64,000 bases of DNA from Ruditapes philippinarum (lineage: Eukaryota), in the NCBI RefSeq assembly GCF_026571515.1, contig NW_026866822.1, forward strand, positions 62,001-126,000, read 5' to 3'. Both the position numbers and the translations under genes were made by a program. The notes beneath the pieces were generated by a model, which saw only the letters and a program-made list of their open reading frames with translations, was not told the origin of the DNA and searched no databases. Below, piece by piece: positions 12,501 through 24,100 of the stretch. Position 1 is the first letter of the stretch. Each line of letters opens with the position of its first letter.

Positions 12501-15500
12501 GGATTGATGGTTTACTATTTCAACATTCTTGGGGCGTCCGTGGCCGAGTGGTTAAGGTCGTTCACTTCAAACAACTTGCCCCTCACCACTGTGGTTTTGA
12601 ATCTCGACAGGGATTTGGATTCTTTCATGTGAGTAAGCTATCCAGCTAGCTTACGGAACGTTGGTGGTTCTACTCGGGTGCCCGTTCGTGCCTGAAATAA
12701 GGGCACCTGAGGTCTTCCTCCACCAGTAAAGCTGGAAAATCGCCAAATGACCTATAATGTGTCGGTGTGACGTTAAACCCAATCAAACAAACAAAATTTC
12801 AACATTCTTCATCACCAATATACCTTCATATCATATGCATATTGTACCTAACTTCTGTGTTTAAGTACAGCTTACTTAAAGTCAATTGTGTAAATTCTTC
12901 ATATTACAGGATGAATCATCAGGAAACTCAGTATATCTTACACCATGTTCTGAATTTCATTTATATAAACTGATCAGTGAGTGAAAGGTATAGCCCATTT
13001 TGGGGGCTAATCAGTATAAAGGCCTTACTTAGTAGCTTCAGTAGATAGATTATCACTGAAATTTGTATTCTGTTATAGAAAGTTGAAATGAACCAAATAT
13101 TTAAAAAAACTTCTTTAATAGAAAAGGTACTGTATGATACCGGTATACAACATGCAGTCCCCTAATGTAACTGTATTTGTTCATGTTGCATCAGATGGGG
13201 GAAAACCATTATCAAATCATCGTCAAGAATCTTTTGTTATTTTTATCACACATCTTTACCCAATATACTGGTGTGTTTGGTTGATTGGTAATGTAATAAA
13301 TATTCATTTATGATGGCAGCGTTCAAGTGCTAACAATTGTTTGGATCTAGTCGATGCACTGTTAGTGATTGCCAAAACTTTGGAACCAGAGACCACACAT
13401 ACTTCAACCTGAGTAAATTCTTGACATGACTGTAGTCTAACCTTTTTAAGTATTTTTAATGTTGTCAAGTCTTAACTATTGTGACTGTAGTTAGAAACTG
13501 AAGACTACCTTCATATACAGCACTGACTTGTATAATTTCAGGAGTTAATTACTCCAATGGACTTAGATGATACCGGAGGAGTCACACAACAGAAAGAAAG
13601 GCCAGTAAAAGAGCATGTGGTAAAATGTAAGTTAAATCCCTGGCTTGCTTTATTTATTATACCCCCGCACAACAAAGTTGTAAGGGGGTATACTGGAATC
13701 AGCTTGTCCGGCCGTCCGTCCGTCCGTCGGTTTTTTCTTGTCCGCCCAATAACTTAAGATTCCTTTGACCCTTAGTCTTCATATTTGGCATGGAGGTTAG
13801 TCATGATTAGTAGATGACCCCTATTGATTTTGAGGTCACTAGGTCAAAGGTCAAGGTCACAGGGGCCTTGACTTCAAAAAGCTTGTCTGCCCAATAACTT
13901 AAGATTCCTTTGACCCTTAGTCTTCATATTTGGCATGAAGGTTAGTCATGATTAGTAGATGACCCCTATTGATTTTGAGGTCACTAGGTCAAAGGTCAAG
14001 GTCACAGGGGCCTTGACTTCAAAAGGCTTGTCCGCCCAATAACTTAAGATTCCCTTGACCCTTAGTCTTCATATTTGGCATGGAGGTTAGTCATGATTAG
14101 TAGATGACCCCTATTGATTTTGAGGTCACCAGGTCAAAGGTCAAGGTCACAGGGGCCTTGACTTCAAAAAGCTTGTCCGCCCAATAACTTAAGATTCCTT
14201 TGACCTACAGTCTTCATATTTGGCATGGAGGTTAGTCATGATTAGTAGATGACCCCTATTGATTTTGAGGTCAAAGGTCAAGGTCACAGGGACTTTGACT
14301 TCAAAAACTTTGTCTGCCCAATAACTTTAGATTCCTTTGACCCACAGTCTTCATATTTGACATGGATGTTGATCATGATTAGTAGATGACCCCTTTTGAT
14401 TTTGAGGTCACTGGATCAAAGGTCAAGGTCATAGGGACTTTGACTTCAAAAAGTTTGTCCACCCATTAACTTAAGATTCCTTTGACCCACAGTCTTCATA
14501 TTTGGTATGGATGTTGATCATGACTATAAGGTGACCCCTATTGATTTTGAGGTCACTGGGTCAAAGGTCAAGGTCACAGGGACCTTGACAAAAAAAAGCT
14601 TTTCTTCTCAATTGCTAAAGAATGTCCTGTCCGCAATGTATTGATTTTGACATTTTCACATTTGAAGCATGTAGAATACATAACTTAGCAATGCACTGGC
14701 TTAGTAACCTCAGATTTGGCAGGGAGGTTGTCCTTGAGCTCTAAATGGCCACTGTTGATTCTGACAAAGTGGTATGCGGGGGTATTCACGCCATGATAGT
14801 GGCAGTTCTAGTTAAGTTTATTTTATATATTCACTGAGGAATAGCATCAGATTATTGCGGTACCCAATTACTGTATATTTGATTTGCAGCTAACTTTACA
14901 GGATAGTTACTGTTGATTAAACAGTGACCCCTTTTGATGATGGTGTTATATGGTCAAGGTTGAGGAGTCTTGGTAATGAGGTCAAGATAATATTGATGTT
15001 GACTTTAAAGCAGAACTTGAAACAAGGAATTGCCATATATTTGCCAGGGACATTTCTAGATTAAATTCAAGAACTACCATAACAGATTAATAGCTATTCT
15101 TTACTTTGTGTTTCTTTGTCTCTTAAGTATATAAATTATATATATGTACATGTAAAACCTTTACTTTTATGGAAGAAAAATTAATCTTAAAATAGATATT
15201 GAATAATTGTAATTATTGTTAATTTGATAATGTTTTAAATTTGAATATTTCAGCTTTAGAGAAGGATGCCTCAAAACCATTAGCCAAAACCAATAAGTTG
15301 TCAGATCCAGATGTTTTCTTCTGTACATATATGCTGGATAAATATGGAGATGACTTTAAGGTATGTTGGGTTTTATGTTTCATCATTGATGCAAGATTAG
15401 GAAACCGACTGTGTCATTAAATAAAGTTGTTACTTACTGACTGTAAAGGTCATATTGGAACATTCAATTGTTACTGGTGGAGAAAGGCCTTAGATGCACC

Positions 15501-16127
15501 GCTGTGCATTATTTCAGGCACAAACGGGCACCCAAGAGGACCCATGGACACTCTGTTTTATTTTCTGTTTATGGGAAAAGTTAGGGTGCTGATTAACCAC
15601 TTGGCATTTAAAATTTTCAATTTGTTAGTTAGGTGTAATGAATTTTTCTTAAAATGTGAAAATGTAAATTTACCGCCCTATGAAGTCTTGGTAATGCTTA
15701 GCTAGAAAAAATAATATTTCTCGTGGCTGAAAATATGTTTAACAGACTTGTTAATAAGACATAGTGTTATATTCACTATATAAAAATTATATGATTGTTC
15801 ACAATGTTAACATTTTAGAAATCATTTTTTTTTTCAAGAATACTGGGTACTTAAACAAACTTGCATACCTAGCATTATTTAAGTGAAAATGAAAATCTTA
15901 CAATTATCACATTTTTTAGCAAAAAATTTCCACATTTCTTCCTTGTGTCAGAACTACAATGTATTTAGTATTTTACGAATATTTTCTATAAATTATAGGC
16001 AATGGCGAGAGACCCTAAAAACCACTATCAGGAAACACCAAAACAGATTAAAAAGAAGATTAATATGTTTAAAAATACACCTGCCCAGTATGAGGCATAT
16101 TTAAAGTCAAAAGGTGAGATCAGATGA
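6505..16127 (+). CDS. NOP16: Nucleolar protein 16 (ribosome biogenesis factor), 176 aa; exons 6505-6605, 11944-12052, 13542-13626, 15254-15360, 15999-16127
   Basis: All introns GT-AG with matching phases (2,0,1,0). Protein MGKPTKKQSKRPYNYSRNRK...IKCKEIKESWDRRKSVAKNLAEMGLSANPNK...YMLDKYGDDFKAMARDPKNHYQETPKQIKKKINMF matches NOP16 motifs (WD.KSV..NL.EMGL..PN; AMARD.KN.YQ.TPKQI). Confidence 0.95.
8066..9535 (+). mobile_element. Degenerate HINE-like element with ~150-170-bp tandem units, NOP16 intron 1
   Basis: 5' hairpin GCCCCC..GGGGC, GTCC microsatellite, repeated CTCAAAAAGTATTTGACCTAG..TCATGAAACTT units; two nested MITEs (8119-8248, 8708-8905). Confidence 0.7.
8708..8905. mobile_element. MITE with CAGTG...CACTG ends and 5-bp TSD (hAT5-like)
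   Basis: TIR CAGTGATTTTTCT / AGAAAAAACACTG; GCTTA at 8703-8707 and 8906-8910; interrupts a tandem unit of the host element. Confidence 0.65.
9546..9921. mobile_element. PIF/Harbinger-type MITE
   Basis: ~40-bp TIR GGCCATCCTTAAAAAAATGTTCGTTTGCAGTAAC / GTTACTGCAAACAAACATTTTTTAAAGGATGGCC; TTA TSD at 9543-9545 and 9922-9924. Confidence 0.8.
9970..11080 (+). mobile_element. Complete HINE-like element with ~170-bp tandem units
   Basis: Subterminal IR GTCCCCTACCGGT / ACCGGTAGGGGAC, (GTCC/GTCT)n at 10017-10065, units at 10071, 10241, 10406, 10576, 3' end ...GCTTGTT. Confidence 0.8.
11402..11624. mobile_element. Palindromic MITE, copy 1
   Basis: ~80-bp arms (GTCACGACAATACCAAC...GCATGGATCCAGATCAGCCTGCGCATCCGCGCAGTCTG) inverted at the 3' end; second copy at 19015-19187. 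Confidence 0.8.
12531..12795 (+). mobile_element. Full-length tRNA-derived SINE, NOP16 intron 2
   Basis: A box GTGGCCGAGTGGTTAAG, B-box-like GGTTTTGAATC, conserved body, 3' GACGTTAAACCC plus (CAAA)n tail; partial copies at 1175-1296, 15445-15535 and 21577-21800. Confidence 0.85.
13651..14812 (+). mobile_element. Complete HINE-like element with six 145-bp tandem units, NOP16 intron 3
   Basis: Subterminal IR ATACCCCCGCA / TGCGGGGGTAT, (GTCC)n, units at 13738, 13883, 14028, 14173, 14310, 14455, 3' hairpin GCCA..TGGC and CTAGTT end. Confidence 0.88.
15445..15535 (-). mobile_element. Partial SINE (12531 family)
   Basis: TACTGGTGGAGAAAGGCCTTAGATGCACC...ATTTCAGGCACAAACGGGCACCC is the reverse complement of the SINE body. 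Confidence 0.6.
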
Positions 16128-16379
16128 TGCATTTGTTGTACATTTATAAAGACAGTTAGACGGGCGAATGTGGAATCTAGCAACAAATCAGAGTTGGATA
16201 AAACATGGAGAAATTCAGTTGAAAATGTTAACAGCAGAATTTGTTTAAATGATTTAATAATTTAAGGCACATTTTTTTAAAAAAAAAACAGTGAAGTGCT
16301 TTTAATTTTCAGCTGTAATAATAAGCAATGGTTGACAAATCATAAGGTTATACACATGTTGTTACATTTTTACTTTGCT

Positions 16380-18337
16380 TTTTATAAGCCCATTTGAAAA
16401 ACAGGTCATATTTTAGTTTCCCCCCTGGCTGGGCGGGTGGCATTCAATATTTGTCTGGAGCATATCTCCTTCACCCATGGAGGAATTTTTATGAAACTTC
16501 ATAGAAATGTTCACCACTATGAGAAGCTGTGTCCCGTGCATGAACCAGGTTTCTAGGTCAAAGGTCACGGTCACACTTAGAGGTCATTGGAAAATGCTTG
16601 TCCGGAGCAAAACTTCTACATGTATAGAGGGATTTCAATATAACTTGGCACAAATGTTTACTATTGTGAGGCGGAGTGGCGCGTGCAAAATTTAGGCCCT
16701 GCACCTTAGGTCAAGGTCACACATAGGGGACAAAGTTCAGATAAAAAATCACTAGAGATGATAATATATCCAGATATTGCCCAGAGCATATCTCCTATAT
16801 GCATATCTGTATATGTCCACATCTCTCACAAAAGCTTCTGTGACAGGCGTATATTGCGACAATGTTGCCCTTGTTTTGTTAAGAATTTATCAAATGGACT
16901 TAGAAAAAGTATAAATCAAAAAACATTAATTTTGTGAATTGGTTTTGATAATTAATTTGATATAATCTTGGGACCTTTTTGTGTTTCAATAGTACATGTG
17001 TTTGTTTAATCATGAAGTATGAAATGTTCATCGTTGTTATTTAATCGTTTATTTTTTACATATTTACCATTCTAGTCAGTATTTTCACCCTTTTTACAAA
17101 TATTGGTAAATTGACTTCACATGTCAATTTTCTGAGCATGTGTAAGGAAGGGGGAAAATGCTGCATATGTTAAAGACAAGCATGTAAAGGATAATAAATT
17201 GTTGAAATCGTGTACTGTTGTTGTTGTTTGTGAAGACCTGACAGAAGGTATCTATTCCAGCTCTGATTTGTCTCTAGATTAAACATTTGTAGATATTTTG
17301 AACAAATTTCCAGATTTACTAATACTAAATCCAAATTATTAAATATAGATCATTCTATAGTTGTCCCATGCCTTTATGAAAAAAAAAGGGGGAGATAGAA
17401 TAAGAAATAGGCTCCGTCTGTCCGTCTGCACTACTGAATAGGGATAGGGGGCCATCTAACTGTTTACAGAACAAAAGAGAACAATAGAATTCATTTCGTA
17501 ACAGTAGAGTAATTAGCCATTGGCCCTCTATCAAACAAAAGAAATGGCCCTTTATTTCATTTTGATGGTCCGTCCGTCTGTCACATTTTCGTGTCCGGTC
17601 CATAACTATGTCATTTATCAAAGGAATTTGAAATAACTTTGCACAAATGTTTACAATAACCAGTTGCCTACCTCCAAGGTCACAGTTTGAGGTCAAAGCT
17701 TAACATGGTCTGTTACAGGGCATATTTTGTGTCCAGTCCATATTTTAGTTGTTCAAGGGATTTTGAAAATACTTGGCAAAATGTTCACAATAATATTACA
17801 ATGTGTCATGCCTAACACCCGGCCCCTACTTTTAAGGCCAAATCTTACCATGGTCTGTTCTAGCGTAAATTTTGTGTCAGGTATATAACTTTCATCAGTT
17901 TAGATATTTTAAGATTATGCTAGGCACAAATGTTTACAATAAAAAGATGACATGTCTTGGGCAACACCCTAGGTCACACTTGGAGGTCAAAGCCTGAAAT
18001 GGCCTGTTGCAGGTTTTGATGCCAAGTCCGGCCCATGCAAATAAAATGTTGGTGAATGCCCACATACCTAAAAGTTAAAGACTGGACACAAAATATACCC
18101 TGTAACAGACCATATCCTATGTTGATTTTGTATTTGTCACATTTTGTGGCTTTGATATAGTGACAAGTATACACCTGCACATACACAGGAGTTATTTCAT
18201 TATATTTCTTTACTGAAGTTATTGTTACTTGCATGTGCAGATCTAGCATTGATAAAAATTTGCACTGAAAATCCTGAGATCAATGAAATGGCACAATTTT
18301 GTGGGGGACATTGGTGACTCTGTTACAAATTCTTGTT
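16380..18337 (+). repeat. Cluster of degenerate HINE-like elements downstream of NOP16 (16380-16875, 17360-18337)
   Basis: GGTCAAGGTCAC motifs, GTCC microsatellites, CTTGTT ends. Confidence 0.55.
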
Positions 18338-18874
18338 TATGTAGAAGTTAAAACTTTCAGGTTTATTTGAACACTATTTTTCAGTTTAACTGCTTGATAA
18401 TTTTGACTTTTAGTGAACTTATTAGTGAAAACAAATGTTTGCTCAAAAATAAAAATCCTTTGTATTAATATCAATCTGATGATTAAACATGAAATTAAAC
18501 ACAAGTAGGTCGTCTATATAGTAAATGACCTTGTCCTGTATTTTATTTTTTTTTAAAATGAATAGGGATGGACTAAAGTTTTGTATTAAATGGTATACTC
18601 ATATAACCTATCAAAGTTTTTGCATCACACATTCTATGAATGTCACAAATGTTCCTGATGATAATTTGTTGTGTTTTTACACTAAAATGCAACAACAACA
18701 AAACAATAACAAATGCCATGCATTCAGTGAATATTTTTTTTATTTTAAAAATATTATACAAATCTAATTTTACAAACAATCATTGAAACAGAAAAAAATA
18801 GATAATTATTCAAACAGTTTTATTCGTTCACTGTCCAGTTAAAATAAAACACTACCTGTTAACTGTTACAGGTA

Positions 18875-18995
18875 CGTGGGTGAAAGTTTTCAGGATTATT
18901 CCTGAAGTTCAGGATTTTCAGTCTCTTGAAAGCCTTCTATTTCCTATGTAAAACTATAGAAAAACTGCTAAATTAATGATTAACTTTCACTCATG
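18875..18995. mobile_element. 121-bp MITE with 6-bp TSD
   Basis: TIR CGTGGGTGAAAGTT / AACTTTCACTCATG; CAGGTA at 18869-18874 and 18996-19001. Confidence 0.6.
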
Positions 18996-19014
18996 CAGGT
19001 ACCTAAAGTACATT

Positions 19015-19187
19015 TGAGCTGTGTCACGACAAAACCAACATAATGGGTTTGCGACCAGCATGGATCCAGATCAGCCTGTGTATCCGCACAGTCTGGAACA
19101 GCATGGATCCTGATCAGACTGCGCAGGCTGGTCTGGATCCATGCTGGTCACAAACCCATTATGGTGGTTTTGTCGTGACGCGGCTCA
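19015..19187. mobile_element. Palindromic MITE, copy 2 (internally deleted)
   Basis: Same arms as 11402-11624: TGAGCTGTGTCACGACAAAACCAAC ... GGTTTTGTCGTGACGCGGCTCA. Confidence 0.8.
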
Positions 19188-21102
19188 TTTGATTCATGTA
19201 TGAGTTTAGATACAGTGCATGATAGTTGCTAAACTTCTGAAAGGTCAACAATTTATGTTGCTGGTGCTCAGACCAGAACATATAAGGAAACTTTCTCTGT
19301 TGTTATTGTAGCATAACATAGAGTTATGTCCTATTGGTAGCATAGTACCTTTGTTTTTAAACAAGACTATTACTAGATTAACCTGGGACAAAAGATAATG
19401 CAAGTCTCAGGATTAACACAGTATAATATTCCTTTTGAAAGTTAACTTTATGAAGTAATTGATTAATTTATGAGAAATGGACAGTCAAACTTAAAAATAA
19501 CAAACCATGGAGAGGAGGGAAAATGATAAAATAATAATCTACAAAACGTTCATTACAACTGAGAGATAAAATAATCAGGTGACAGTTGTTCAATATTGTT
19601 TTCTATAAACACTCAAAACATCCAGAAATAGAATGGCAGTTGTATCTGAAAGCAGAGAAAATGAAAAAAAGTCATCTTTTTACAATTAAAAGCCATGCAT
19701 TCAGCCAAAATCACTTGTGTTCTCAGAGACTTAGTACAGATACAGCTCTGTGGTTCTCTGTAATCATGATTAAGGGAGGTAACTGTGAATTACGCTCCCT
19801 TAGCAGTTAATTAAATACGCTATCGATATTTGCTGGGATTCATTAAATTGATAAAGATGTGTTATTCTAAAAATCATCTTACGAAAGTAGTTTTACAGTT
19901 TTAATGTTGGGAACATTTAGAATATATAACTGTTTAAGAACAATACTGAGCTGATAGCAGTGTATACACTTGCAAGAATGCCTTCCTACACTGACCTGGC
20001 TCGATATTGATTACATTTAGTAAATACCAAATTTTTATGTCCGAAATTAATATATAGAAAACACGGTAACGAAAAGGTGTTTTGAAAAAACAATCAAAAG
20101 ATAGACAAACATTTACAATTATAGTGAATAAATAATAATACTGATGCAGTATGAGCTAGTTAGGTTTATTAACCCTATTTAATACTGTAAGAAGTGTTGC
20201 ATTTGGGACATGATATATACATATCCCCAGTAATATATATTGTTTTGTATCAATATAAAAAAAAGTAAATGGCAAACAAGAATTTTATACAATGTATGTT
20301 TAAAGCTCTTGTACAGTGATTTTTTCATCACACAGTTTACAAGAGCCTGAAACTGTCATTATAAAAAATAAGGCATACAATATTTCATGAAAAGAGGTCA
20401 ACAACAATTTTACAGCGTTTAGATATAATTTTAAAAATAAATTTATGTTATAATAGAGTTGTGCTTTTACCTCTGTGTATAATATATTTACTGTTTGTAA
20501 CAAACGATTAGGTACTTAATTTGTATTAATTAATGGTATTTTTTTGTAAATAAGCAAAAAATATTACAAATGCATCTTGTATAAAAAAAAAATTATTGAT
20601 ATAATTATAATTAAACTCTCCAAGGGTAATAAATAAGTAAGAACTATAATGGTTGATTTTTTTTGCTTATAAAACTGACACTTGTATTGTACTGATCAAT
20701 ATTTAAATATTGTCACACACTGAAAAACTATTATTCACTTTAGATGTTATCTTTTTATGCTTTTTTCCCTATATAAAACATCTGTCTTACAATTCGGAAC
20801 ACAATTGTAAAATTGGTGCATTTTCTCTATTTCTTTCCATTTATTTTAGGCAGCGACTTTGTGTTTGATAGTCTACTCGGATTTGTTTTATTTTTTTATT
20901 TATCAACATGTAAGGGAGTTAATTTATCTCTAACATGGCTTAGCCACTCTAATATTGCACCGTTTAAGGTTAATAAAGTCACTTGCTGGCTGCAAACACT
21001 TTAACAAATCCAAACTTTTAATAGTGAAATTTATTTGTTGCAAAGAAAATAAAACATTTTGTAATGGATCGGTCCTTTACATGTATATATATTTAAATTC
21101 GT

Positions 21103-24100
21103 TTAACGTTCGATGGGTCGCGAGAGCTGTTGAATCCTATCCGGGAATGATCCTTTAAGGGCTAATGGTTTCACTAAGAAGGCGTCTGGGTTAAACTGTA
21201 CATGGTCCATCGTTGCTCGGACAATCGGTTTAGATAGTTCTTCTATTCTACTGGATGAAGCTGCTCGTTTCGCTGCACGTGTAACTTGCCATTGTTCGTC
21301 ACGTGGTAGTTTATATTCGTCGACTGCACCTTTAGGGCGAGCCAGTTCTAAACATCGGGAAGTAGCTGTGGCGTTTTTAGCACTAGTTGAAACCTGGAAT
21401 ATTAAGAAATTTTTTAACTAAAGTATATATATAATTATATTTAAAAAAAAAACAAAAAACTAAAAAAAACAAAAAACAAAAAAAACAGACAAACAAACAA
21501 ACTAATCGAACAGATATAGCATTTTTATAGAGAAATAGGAGCATTACAAGAATGTTTTTGTGCATTTCTCTACGCTGTAGGTTCGATCCGCGCCAGCGAC
21601 TTCAATTCTTTGTTTCATGTTAGAAAGCTATCCACCTTGCTTACGGAACGTCGATGGTTCTACTCAGGTGCCATTTTTTGCCTGAACAATTGCACAAATA
21701 GGACACGTGAAGGAGGTCTTCCTCCATTAGTAAAGCTGAAAAAAACGCCATATGACCTATACCGTCTCCAGTGTTGGTGCGACGTAAAACCAAAGGAAAA
21801 AAATGTAGATTTAATACTTTTATATTAGAACCTTTTTTGAATCCTTTTTATTTGTTCATAATGTCATAATGGCCAGTCATAATTATATACAATTGTACTA
21901 GGCCACTTCTGCCAAACATTATTTGTATTATATGAATCGTAGGAATATCATAAATGAAGGTATAAGTAAATCTTTTGATAAACAGAAATCAACATATGTA
22001 AGTAAATGAATGGATAACAAACCCCCCATTTTGGTTCTCTAAATGGACCATCATCTCTTGGTTTCGGAGTAGATAAAGACATGATACGTTCCGAAGCCTC
22101 TGCTTTCATCGCTGCATGAGAGATCGGTGTTTGTATTGGTCTCTCAGGTTTGAAATCTTTATGGGGGGTTTTGTGTTTTGCCAACTGGTTAACATAAGGC
22201 CTTTCCCCAGCAGAGGCCGCCTTTGGGTCGACTCCGAGAATCGGACTCGGTCTGCCGCAGCTATACTTGAATAATGGTCTACAACGAATGAAATTTGAAT
22301 TTTAAGTTGGAAAAGTCTACATTGTGTAGCATTAAATTTAAGTATGATATAATGTTCAATATGAAGTATGTAATGTACTGCAATGTATGATAATGGGCTA
22401 ACGTGTAGATTAATTGTCTAATTGTAATGTGAAATAATGGGGTGTAATGTAGAATTATTGTCAATATGTACTGTAGAAATAGAGCAGAATGATTTTGTAT
22501 CATGTCGAATTATGGTCTATAATATAATGTAATCGTAAATAATGAAATGTACATCGGTGTTCTTAAAAGTTACATTACAATGTAGACGTATGTACAATCT
22601 AGTGTAGAATAATGTCCGAAAATGTTGTTTAAAATGACATAAATAATTCAAGTTCAAAACAGCAGAAATAAGCAAAATTGGAATAGATTCCTGCACTTGA
22701 TTAAAGATTTTTAATATGTATAATATCTTGTAAGTTTATAATCGAAATTCAGATTTGTATTTTCTCGAAATGCGTTAATTTCAGAGATATATATGCATAT
22801 TTATATTTTGAAAAAATATATGAATAAAATGCTGAAAATAAAAGAATGCACTATCAGAATCACAAAAACATGGACACAAACTTATACGTATAGATAAATA
22901 AAAACTGAGAACAAACAGAACATATAAGATTATATTAGTACACAGCTGAAATCGAAGCGTTATGTATTACATACTGCCAAAAAAAAAGATTAAGATAAAA
23001 GTTGCATGTAATAAGCGATAGTTAACAAAGTGCACACATAATTATTTTATTATTTAATATATGGAAAACATTTGTTTTTCACTCTGGCACATACATGTTA
23101 GGAAAGGTAACCTTCTCCGCATAAGTTTTCCCTCTGAAAATTTAATGAGCACTTTAATTTTAGAATATTAAATCAATGCATGTAAACTACAGAATTAGCA
23201 TCCCCCCCCCCCCCCAAAAAAAAAAAAAAAAAAAAAAAATGTAAGGAATCGCCGTTCGCCGGGTTTTTGAAAAAATATTTTATTCGTTAAATAGACTCTT
23301 TCCTGATAAAATACATCTTAAGCTAATGTTTTCTTTGTTTAGGAAATATTCCATGAATTGCTTACCCCATAGGAGTCTACACACTGGTTTAGAGCTTCGA
23401 AAATGAAGAAAGTATTTCAATTCTGTGTATAGATAACCCGACGAAATCATGGCGGATTGTATGCCGCTTAAGCGCCCCTTTTTGAGAGTCCATTTTGTTA
23501 TCATGTGGTATTAAAATCACCATATTGATTGGCTCAGGGCAGGCGGTATACTTGTAAAAATGGTCAAATCTTGTAATTGTAAATGTCGAGCCTTCCGGTT
23601 AGTTCAATAGGTAGAGCTTTGGACGGTGAATCTGGCGAACCGGGTTCGATTTCCGGACGGCGCAGGTCACTTTCGTTGTGATTGATCATGAAATCCTTTC
23701 TACGGTCATTCACACTGTACCTCTGCTCTGGTATGTACAGGATTTTCAGTTCCTTGCGAAAGTGAAGGCAACTCATACTGGTAAACTGCTTGACGGCCTG
23801 CCCAGGAACGATGCGGTGGTTGAATTGTTCACTGGTGAATTCAATGTGGCTTCGTTACTGTCGTGATCTAGAGTGAAAACTACCAACACCACCACCACAT
23901 TGTAAATGTCGCCGTCCGCGACAATTAAATTTTTTCGTTTCAGTACTGCTCATTACTTCTTCATATTGCCACGTGTTTCAGCTTGTGACCTTCTCGTTAA
24001 AGGTTGAATCTGGACATTTTAATGAACTACCATCTACTTACAAATCATGTGATAATTTCTAGCTTTACCCTTAACCTGCTGAATCCGGTAACTGGATTTT

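Noticed and set aside
12531-12620. tRNA gene (also 23589-23665)
   Set aside because: tRNA-like heads run into SINE bodies and tails, and no full acceptor stem forms.
12960-13430. Possible intronic H/ACA or C/D snoRNA hairpins in NOP16 intron 2
   Set aside because: Hairpins present but no correctly placed H box or C/D pair; would need an Infernal/Rfam search.
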